A DNA stretch of 64,000 bases. It comes from Bugula neritina (Eukaryota > Animalia > Bryozoa). The notes under the pieces are model-generated. The model made no database searches and was not told where the DNA came from. It saw nothing but the letters and a program-made list of their open reading frames with translations. Position numbers and translations under genes: made by a program. The DNA is taken from contig OZ037766.1 of NCBI GenBank assembly GCA_964035545.1, positions 8,670,722 through 8,734,721 on the forward strand. Direction: 5' to 3'. This document shows, in pieces, positions 51,695-64,000 of this stretch (the first letter of the stretch is position 1; each line of letters begins with the position of its first letter).

Positions 51695-53387
51695 AGTGTT
51701 TAAAACTTTATTTTATAGCTGATTTATATTTTCATAAAATTTGAATAAAAAATCACCTTATTCATGTTGATTTTTGTATTTCCAAAACCCATGCTCCAGT
51801 TTGAAACAAGTATGTTGCTATGCACCCATATTCAATGAAGACACCTGTATTTTATGCAGTAACCCATATGAGAGACTTGTGTCTGCATATACAGACAAAG
51901 TGCTCAAGAATCAGGGAAGTTATGTCAGAATAAGGAAAAGGCCATGCCAACCACCAGCACTTGCTCTTACCTTTCAGCAGTTTGTCCAGTGTATAGTTCA
52001 AAATGCCAAAACACATAGTAAAGGCTTGTCTGTATTTGGAGTAGGTGGTTTTCTAGATACTCATTGGCGACTTCAAACACTTGGATGTCAGTTTTGCCAA
52101 TCAAACTTTAACATCATTGGACATTTAGAACATATGGATGAAGATTTAACTGAAGCATTGAAAGTTCTACGCATGAATACAACTCTTGTGAAAGACAATG
52201 TTTCCAGTACAAATAAGACCAAAGACCTTCCATTATCATACTGGTATAACCAACTTGACTTGGGATTGCTATTAGAAATAACTCAACTTTATAGTCATGA
52301 TTTCAAGCTACTGGGATATGACTCAGTGGCTATAAGTTTACTACCATAGTTATGCTGGTGCCTGTATAGGTGCATTATTTGATTTGTATTAGTTTGTATA
52401 GTACTACGATAAGTTAGTTATTAGCGGTGGTAGCCAGTCCCCATTGATGTGTATTTCCCTACAGAGTTGCAACTGAAAGTTTAGCTTTCAATGGTAAGTT
52501 GTGAGCCTTTATTACATTTACATTTCATCAAAATCATAGGGAGCCTTTGGGATGCTAAGGCCAATATTAAAAAACAACGAGCCAAAACTCAAACAATTGA
52601 AAAGACAGTACAATATTTATTCTTCAAAGTAGTTTGTACAAATATTTTAGTAGCGGTTTTTATTCTACTAAAACTTTTTTATCTGGTTCGAAAAATCTAT
52701 ATATTTTGTGTGGTGTAGAGTGTTGGTAGCTGTTGCTATTTGGATGCTATATAAAATTTCATGTATCACAGCAAAAATGACTTATTGTTTTTTTGGTTGC
52801 AGTCAAACGTCATCCTTTTGCTCATTGTGTGACTGTACATTGACATTTCATTTTTATGTGGCCTTACAGGGATTAGTTTTGCTAACATGGATTGATAAAT
52901 TGTGCAATATAGAATGAACCTGAAAAGTCAACTGATGGCTATGCTGTGGTGATCACATTACATTCACTCTTTACCATGGTACGAGGCAACAATGACATGT
53001 ACAATAGCATAATATAGCATAGCATAGCATAACATAATCTAATAAGGGAAATAGGTGAGAGAAAAAAACATTATCTAATATATGATATTATTATATGCAG
53101 CATGCATAAAAATGTACAATTAAGTGAAAGAAATTATAATTCATAACTAATTATCTTTATGCAATGCGTCAAGAAAATAACGCTGTGTTGAGCATAACAC
53201 AGAATCCTCTTTTTCATACTGATGAAGTGCATTACAGTTAATTGCTCTGCTTTTGTTTCACAAAAGTATTTTATTTCAGTAATCATTTTTCTAATAAGGT
53301 GATGGCTGAAATGTTTTTATTAAACCTAGTTTTTGCAAGACTGTTCAACTGAAAGTAATTACAGTTTGCAAAACATAATATAACCAC

Positions 53388-54727
53388 ATGCAGAACATGC
53401 ATCGATTTAAACGATCACACGTGTACAAGATAATACTACTGACGATATTTTGGCCTGTCATGCTACTATTTCAAGGATATTACGTAAGTAATTATTATTA
53501 TTTTTCTTGTTTCTATGTACATTTTCTGGCCAGATTTTAAATTATGTAGGAGTGGCCTTTGGTGCAGTTCTTTGGAAAAAACTAGGTATGATGCTGTTAT
53601 AGGATATTATTATAGTAGCCATATAGGATATTATAACATACCTTAACTTTTACAAAAAGTATTTCATTTTTTTTTCAGACAAATAGCGGTTCATTAATTC
53701 AGCTCGACAAGTTAAAAACTTCTCTGGCGAATATAAGGTGGCCTGTGGCTAAGCCTAATGCGACCAGCAGAGTGAAAATACTCTGTTCACAGTCACTTTA
53801 TAATCTGACCAGGTATCTTTTATAGTATGGCAAATCAAAATTGAATGAAGACGGAGCAAACAAATTATCTAAGAGTTTGTAGTAGTACCATACACGAAGT
53901 TGCTTATAGTGGAAAATATTCAAATATGCAATACATTGTTTTTTGGTTTGAATAGTTATTATATGTATACATTTATTGTGTATACTATATATATTCAATA
54001 AATATAACAATTTGTATGAGTTACTTTTATATTTATTTTAAGAGTTTAATGCTAGTGAAGCATATTTTCATTTTTTATTTAAATCTCTTTCATTGAGTGA
54101 AAACGTTAGGAATGACATAATGCTACATATATGGAAAATCAAGTAAGCCTGATCAACTGCAAGACAAAAGTTGTTATTTTACATTACTATGTCAATTCTA
54201 TAACACTTTATAGGGTATGTCACATAATTTTACTATAATTCGCCCAGTAAATGTAAGTAGTACGCTTTACAAAACCCATGAATAATTATTACATGTTCAC
54301 CTTGCATGCTGAGTTACATTCTAAGCATGAGTTGATAATTAGATGTTTTATAATTTAAACAATATTGAGCTTGTAAAAACCATGAATAGTTCAAAGTAAA
54401 AGATTTAAAAGCCTTAAATAAACATACATGTTGCCAAATTTTGTTTTAATTTAGAAAATATGTTGGTAAAGGAAGAAGTATTGCCTCTGTAGATGGTAAG
54501 AAATTAGTTTATTGTCCTATCCCAAAAGCCGGATGGTCAACGTGGAAATGGCTGTTATATCGAGAATCTGGAATGCTAGAGTTAGTAAATGATGTCAGAC
54601 AGTAAGTTTTTTAAATTTAATTTGTAATTATAACTCTACCTTTTACTGCTTTATTTATAGTTTATATATGTGTATGACTATATTATGTATACAATAATTA
54701 TCTTTGAGTTTAACAGACTGACTAGAA

Positions 54728-54774
<47 letters not shown>

Positions 54775-55718
54775 GTGTGTGTGTATATATATCTTTGATT
54801 TTAAAATAAAAGTTTCATTTTTAGTACAGGGTTCCAAAGTGAGTGGCACAAAATAGGATTCAAAGTTATAAGGAATGGACACAACTCACATTTTATTCAC
54901 CGCCTTATTTTTGTAAGGTAATTGTTAAACTATATAAAATTATTATGTAATTGAAAATACTTTATTGACATATCACAGTTTATCATGCGTAATTTAAATG
55001 GAAAATAATTGATCAACTTCGAAACACTGTCATCTCAACCATGTACTTCAAAGTTGATATGTATTTAAGCTAAATAGCTAATATATACAGAATTATCTAA
55101 TTCTGTATCAAATTCTAAATGCTTGCAAAAGCTAATATTGTTGAAACCAGATATTGTTCTCTCAATGGTAATGAATATTTTATGCAAATTGTTTTAAATT
55201 TAATCAACAATTTTTTAAACCTTAGAGATCCGTATGACCGGCTTGTTTCTGCCTACAAAGACAAAGTTTTACGTGATGCTGGACGCTACGTAAGACACTT
55301 TAAACAACCCTGCACAAGTAAAAACAGACCTCCAGCACCTGCTCTCACTTTCTCCCAGTTTATACAATGTATTATAGATGAAGCCTACTCGTATTCTGAC
55401 AACATTTCTACGTTTGGAACAGGTGGTAAAATGGATTTTCATTGGAGGCCCCAGACGCTACTTTGTAACTTTTGTGAATCAAACTTTAACATCATTGGTC
55501 ACTTAGAACATATGGATGAAGATTTAACTGAAGCATTGAAAGTTCTACACATGAATACAACTCTTGTAAAGAAAAATGCTTCCAGTACAAACAAGACCAA
55601 AGATCTTCCATTATCATACTGGTACAAACAACTTGACCAAAGATTGCTGTCCGATTTAGCTATGCTTTATTCTCATGACTTCAGGTTGCTGGGATATGAT
55701 CCCAGTCCACCAATCTAA
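53388..55718 (+). CDS. Carbohydrate sulfotransferase copy C, ~320 aa; exons 53388-53483, 53679-53812, 54455-54601, 54825-54917, 55226-55718
   Basis: MQNMHRFKRSHVYKIILLTIFWPVMLLFQ anchor; YCPIPKAGWSTWK; FVRDPYDRLVSAYKDK; HWRPQ; LYSHDFRLLGY. 963 nt in frame with all GT-AG introns. Confidence 0.9.
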
Positions 55719-56715
55719 TTATTTTGACCATAGCCAACCTACTATTTAAAAAAGTCTTTTATTTATGTTTATGTAACATTCCTGCTTACCTGTAAGCAAA
55801 ATGTTTTAGTAAGAGTAATAAAATATTTTATTCAATTATTCAAATTATAATGCATAAGTTTTACACAAAGCAGTTTTACACATAGACAGATTAGATGAGT
55901 GAAAAGTTCCAATACCATATATTATTGTAGTTTTAGAATGTAGAAGTAGATCCAGTAATATGCCTACAACTTTGAAATGTATTGATGAACATGAAATCAT
56001 TATTTTAAAAAATACAGAGCACATTGTAAGGTAATAGAAAACATGTATTGAAATAACTGCATGCAACCGCAATTTGTTGACCAGCGCAAAAACTTCTACC
56101 TACTGCAAGTAATTGGGATAGTTCAACAGTTTAATAATTTATGCCAGCAAAACAATAATTATCCTAAATTTTTTGTAGCAAAATAGTACACCATTCCCTT
56201 TGGTGTAAAATGAATGTGGAAAATATTTTACCCTCTTCCATCTGGCCAACATACTAGGTAACTAGGCTAACAACTTCATGACTTCAGCTAGATACTTATT
56301 TCTATCATCAGCAAACACAAAAATTGCAAGCTGTCATCTGCAATCTCCAGATCCATGCAATGCTAGAATACAGGAATGCCAAGTAAACACCATGTAATCA
56401 TGAACCAGCTGTTAGTTGTCACCTGGGCAGATGACAAAGTGAGCAGTACCATTATTTTATGAGAACAATGCCAGCCAGTGCTGTTAGCAAGTTATCAGAG
56501 TTATATATAACGATTCTTGTAATATGCATCTCATATTGGAAGTCAAGAGCTATTTTATTGCCAACACTGCTTGTAGGACAAGTTCTTAACAAAATAGTGA
56601 ACAAGCTATTGAAACTTTCACTTTTTTGGAGTTGAAGACTAGACAAAAAATGTGTATGGAACCGGAGATTTTATTTCAAGATTACATACAAGTAAATAGC
56701 AAGACAAAGTACATG

Positions 56716-59134
<2,419 letters not shown>

Positions 59135-59149
59135 GATGGCGGAGACCAG

Positions 59150-59210
59150 GCGAAAAAGGATGATCACGTGACAGGAGACGGATATTCAAAATATCGGTCA
59201 CATGACAAAC
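59150..59210. promoter_or_regulatory. Bidirectional promoter core: RPS23 TOP/TCT initiator plus CLEAR/M-box-like E-boxes
   Basis: Minus-strand TCCTTTTTCG at 59160-59151, ~25 nt before the RPS23 ATG. TCACGTGAC at 59164-59172 and GTCACATGAC at 59197-59206. Confidence 0.7.
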
Positions 59211-59307
59211 TGAAACTATTACTATTAGTAGTGAGCTGAACCTAACTACTACTAGTAATTACAAGTTTAATTATAACTAATACTATACCATACGTTTTAC
59301 CATCACC

Positions 59308-62300
59308 ATGTCTGTGTCGTGGAGTAAAAAAATAAATGCCATTGTAGTCATACTAGCTACATGTCCAATTCTGTCATTTGCCAATATTGGTGTACCAGTT
59401 CTTCTATTCGGATTTGACTTGAATTTAGAAAGGTAAGCTAAAGCTTTAAATTTAGTCTTTAGGTTTAAGTTTAACTTCAAGTTGAAGTTAACTTTTAGCA
59501 ACTGCAATGAGATTTTGACAATACTTATACCATAGTCATACTGAATGCTTATGCTTCATACTGCAATATGAATATGAATACAGAATTGAGAATATGAAAT
59601 TGAATAGCTGAAGCTTGAAAATTCAAATTGAAACATCAGTAGGCCCATCTATTTTATTTCTAATAGTAATACTAATAGTAATTCTATTTTAATTAATATT
59701 ATATTTCTTATAAAATTATGCTTTATAGTGGTTATTTAGTATAATAAATTAAAATTTAAATATAATTTGAATTATTATAATCGTGATAATATATCTATTT
59801 CAGTATTTGTTTTATTATAATTGTTATAATATTGAAGTTATTGATAATGATATATAAAATAAAAATTAAATAGTTATATTTTCAAATTTTATATAGTATT
59901 TTTATAATTAGTAGGAATTTGAGACTTCTAGTTCTAGTTCTTCTAGTTCTTCTTGCTTTTAATTAAAATTGCCAAGCTAAAAGTAAATCGGAGCTAATAG
60001 TTTTAACAAGTCAAATGAGTTAACAAATTTCAAGTACTCGTATCTGTACATATTGATATTACTATTAGCTATACTTGAAAATCAAGACCTGCATACTGAA
60101 TAATACCACAATTTTCCTGAGAAGTTGGTCAATTGTGTTATCACACCAACTCCAAGGAATCAGTATTACTATTATTATATACTATTCATAATAGTAATAC
60201 AGTCAGTTTAGTGTGTTCATTCAAGCCCACATGACTTGAACTCTATTCCGCATGGATTTTAATTCATACTCTGCTTGACTATATTATCTGACTAAATATT
60301 TATTTGCTGGCATATCTATTAGTATTAGTAATAGGCATGTAGCTTTGTTTTGCACTACTATAGTATAATTTAATTGTGTGTAAAATGATTGCCTAGTTAA
60401 TATCTGGTTTGTATTTTAGTGTCTCAAAGCCTTTAGCTGGACATACTATTCCTACCAATGAGTTTTCAAATATCATCACAAGTGTGACGAAACCTGGTCT
60501 TGCGGTAACTTTCTTGCAAGATGAGGTGAGTGGTCAATGCTGTTACTTTGGTACTATTCAGGTTTAAGCCACACAAACCTAACAATAATAAATACTGTAT
60601 TGATGATGAGCTATGGAAATAGTATACTTAGAATGGTGATGCAGTACTAGTTCTATTAATAATGTTGAGTATTTTTGTAGCTCAGTAGTGAAGACTTTCT
60701 TAGATTGGGCTCAGATATGAAGAGAGGTGGTTTGTTCAAGAATTTACAGGTTTGTAAATTAAGCTCCATAGTCTATACTGCATATATAACTGTATCAAAA
60801 AAATATAACAGCATCTAAATTCTAAACGGTGATGCTGGTTTCTACAGCAAAATAAATAGTTCTAACCGTGATTAATTTGCAACTAAATCGCTGGGGGTAA
60901 TGCTTGAAATAGTTGATGCATATACGAGTATCATCACGGCATTGTGACCGTTTTCTGCAACTGCTTTACATGACTAGTAAAAATAAGCTCAATGAAACCT
61001 AAACCAGGGAAACTACCGCAATGAGATAGGCTGTTTTTTTTGGTAGCAGTTTTGAAAAATAATTTTCAAAATAAGTGCTGTTGGTGTCACTTTAGAGTTT
61101 AGTTGTTTGATCTCCATCAGTAACTGTTGAGCACAAATAAATGGCTACTGTTGTCCAAATTACTTCTGCATTACTTTGAAGGTCTTGAGTTTTGTTGGCA
61201 GCACAGCTTGAGCCAAAAATATTTCTATAAACCTGAAAAACTATTAAGGATTACAACTATCACAAACAGATTTTTATCAGAAGTTTCTCGCATAAATTTA
61301 ACGTGAACAAATCTTTGGCTTTGGTGAAAATATTTTAAGTTATCCCATCTTTGAATAAGCCTAGGGCCACACGGCGCGTATTTTCGCATGCGAAAATTGA
61401 AATCACAAGTAGCAAAGGTGTCCACTGTGCGCGTTGAGAAAACATTCGCACTTGTCGCTCTGCATTTTCAACGCAAGTGCGAATCGTCTCTGTCGTCGTC
61501 ACCTAATTGGCTGGTAGTTATTCAGCGAGCCCAATTTCTTTATTTAGTGCTATATTCCAGTAAATTGCGTTTTATTGAAAGCGAGTGCGATTTAAAAATG
61601 AAAGCTTTATTTATCACGCATCACTGACGCTACAGTGGACACCTTTGCTACTTGTGATTTTGATTTTCGCATGCGAAAATACGCACAGTGTGGCCCTAGG
61701 CTAAGCAGCATATGTACCAGTTGACACGATTCCCAACCTAGATGTCACCTCTACTCTACCATTAGTCAACAGTGTGTAACCAGTGCATCACGTCTGGAAC
61801 AAATTAAAATAATTGATTGTAAAATAAAAACGTAATTTGAAGTTAAAATGAATAATAATAGTGTTAATAAAGTATTGCTATTGATAGAGTTGTTCTGTGA
61901 CTGCTAGTTTCCAGGAAAATATGGCATTACTCTCTGTGTAGACTTCAGTACCACGTAACACTGCGTTTTGCAGACTTATTCCACTGAGAGCTCTTCACGT
62001 TTCTTCCCATCAGTCAAGGCCCCGTCTCATGCTCTCCGCCATTTAGACCAGAAATATGATGAGCAAATTGAATTGAAAGACCCAAGCAAAGCCCTGTCTT
62101 ACCTCAACAATGTTCAGCTTCAGAAAGATACATCTCTGATCATTCATTTGAATCCTACTGGAGATGAAGAAACCAGCTCAAGATCCCTCAAGAAGAATGG
62201 TACGTTCTTGAATTAGAGTTATTTTTAAATTTAGCGTTTAATCATAATTATATTCTTGGACTGCTTTAGCTACATCACATAGTGTGCCTTGGAATACAGC

Positions 62301-63860
62301 ACATAGTCCCAGCTGATTGTATCTTTAAATATACTTAATTTGATATAAACGCTATTTACATTTAGTTGTGTTAACAAATGAATATGATTCTTTTTAGATG
62401 AACTCATCGGTGCAATCATGAAGATAGTTGAGAAACCAGGTTTATCCTATATAGCCTTCTACACTGGTAAAAGTCACAGGGTATGAGCTATGTTAAGCAT
62501 TATAGTGTTGATGTATTAGAAATAAGTTCATTTTAACTAGCATTTTACACTGGGACTGGTTTAATTCAATTTCATACATATTATTTTGCATATAATGCAT
62601 TCAAGATACAACAAACCATTTTTTGCGTTTAGTATGTGCATGTTTCCTATTTTCTGTATGAACTTATTTATAGCTTTCTGTTAGATTTCAAAATGTACAC
62701 TTTTGTATTTTGGTTAGCCATAGAACTAACCTTAGTGTGTGTGCTGTGTGGTGGGTGGCTAGTTTGATGTCTTTAGATGGGTATTATAATTTATAAGTAT
62801 GTAGATGCAGTAATGGAGAAATTTGGAAAAGCCTGTGTACTAGATTATAAATGTAGCAAAATGAGTTATGTTCCTTGAATTGTTCAGCTTGTATTCCAAA
62901 TCGAAATGTGTAAATATAAGGGACTCAGGCCACTATAACTGCACCCAAGTGATTAAAGAGTGACAGTAAGGGGTGTTAATCTAACAAGTAACTCAGGCTC
63001 GTTAGCTTCTAGTGCTGATACTGAAGATAGATAGTCAACCACAGCTCAGCATTACTGAGTTTGTATTTTACCCATAGTTATTTTTCCAAGATCCCAGCTT
63101 TACTGAGCTTGTGACTATAAACTTATGTCAAATATAGTTGTGATATCATAGCTGTGTGAAGTTGTAATCAAAACCTATAGCCAGCCGCTGTTGGTATGGC
63201 TGTATATTAAAATGTATTATCACATAAATAGTAACTAACATTCTATTTCCACCAACAGAGTGCACACAGTGCAGCAGTGGTTCAAGGAGTGGGAAGACAT
63301 TTACTACAAGTTGAGGATGCAGCTACCACTGACACCATATTCTCTGGTAATAGTAGTATCTGTTTGCTGTATATGGAGTCAGTAACAGTAGGAGCATCTG
63401 TGTTGTCTGGTAACGCCAGTGTCAGCTGTACTGAAGATGCTGCAGCTTCGTAAGTTCACATTTAAATCATTTGGCTATGTTCAGGTTGGGCATTTGTCAA
63501 ATAAATGAAATTTTGCTAAGTTATTTAAACTTGCCGTAGTGACTTCCCAACTGAAAAACTAACAACCTACATTCAGATGAAAAACATAAATAGTATTTTT
63601 GTATACTAAAAGTTTGTGTGTGAATTTTTATGCAATAAAATTTCAATTGTGGTACAATGTATAAGCAACAAGTTTACTTGGGAAATTCTACTGATAATGT
63701 TGCCAGAGAATGCTAATGTATATGTTTGCAGTATATGATATTATTGTGACATTAGCAATGTTGAGCTCTTTGCATTGTTCTTATAGAAATATAAAGTTGG
63801 TAAATATTTTAGGCAGGTGAATATTACCATTACCGATAGCCAGATCCCCTCATCTCTAGA
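59308..63860 (+). CDS. ATP6AP1: V-type proton ATPase accessory subunit S1 (Ac45), 5' part, continues beyond the window; exons 59308-59432, 60420-60525, 60681-60749, 61974-62199, 62398-62480, 63259-63449, 63813-63860
   Basis: Signal peptide followed by VPVLLF, LAGHTI, FLQDELSSEDF, FKNLQ, FPSV, NDELIGAI...YIAFYTG and GRHLLQ. This is the motif order of the Ac45 luminal domain, and exon phases are consistent. Confidence 0.88.
61359..61701. mobile_element. PIF/Harbinger (Tourist-like) MITE, 343 bp
   Basis: ~70-bp near-perfect TIRs (GCCTAGGGCCACAC...TATTTTCGCATGCGAAAAT...CACAAGTAGCAAAGGTGTCCACTGT) flanked by a TAA duplication at 61356-61358 and 61702-61704. Confidence 0.9.
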
Positions 63861-64000
63861 GTAAGTACATGCATATTTTATAGTGTATTATTTATTGCAT
63901 GACAAGTAGCACTTATTATTACTTAGTATTACGTTGGAGCATGTATAGTTACCGTATACTTAAAATGCAATGTTAGCAATGTTAAAGGTTGTGACTGGCT

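Larger units (their letters stand above)
41331..52349 (+). pseudogene. Carbohydrate sulfotransferase copy B, probable pseudogene; exons 41331-41429, 44195-44421, 44810-44950, 45281-45375, 51860-52349
   Basis: Same exon structure as copy A. Exon 4 is 95 nt instead of 96 (CACAAGAAGGGCTAA versus CACAAGGCAGGGCTAAAG), giving an immediate TAA. The 3'-PB arginine becomes Ser (AG|T, FVSNPY). A 4-codon deletion occurs in the last exon. Confidence 0.85.

Noticed and set aside
53550-53585. 36-nt AG/GT-bounded cassette in sulfotransferase C intron 1
   Set aside because: In the required phase it ends in TAG. It could at most be a poison exon, and nothing supports that.
56452-56646. Short minus-strand ORF downstream of RPS23
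   Set aside because: No ATG start, no splice partners and no recognisable motif.

Overview
AT-rich, intron-rich genomic DNA from an invertebrate animal; the species cannot be fixed from sequence alone. I spliced the genes by hand using GT-AG signals and reading frame. In order: (1) 1557-15666 (+), a 25-exon gene for a ~1373-aa type I membrane protein: signal peptide, ~372 Gly-X-Y triplets, 2.5 EGF domains, one TM helix and a ~50-aa tail with an NPxY motif. This is the most unusual feature. (2) 17645-20094 (-), a 5-exon gene for a basic ~203-aa protein I cannot assign. (3) 24301-35701 (+), chimaerin (SH2-C1-RhoGAP) with an atypical C1 loop. (4) 37734-55718 (+), three tandem Golgi carbohydrate sulfotransferases. 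The middle copy is a chimeric, frameshifted pseudogene carrying MITEs, a 2.7-kb foldback element and a deleted Gypsy element. (5) RPS23 (-) and ATP6AP1 (+, running off the window), head-to-head across a ~170-bp spacer with a TOP tract and CLEAR-like E-boxes. tRNA-derived SINEs, a LINE 3' end, further MITEs and minisatellites are also present. No database searches were run, so family assignments rest on recognised motifs.
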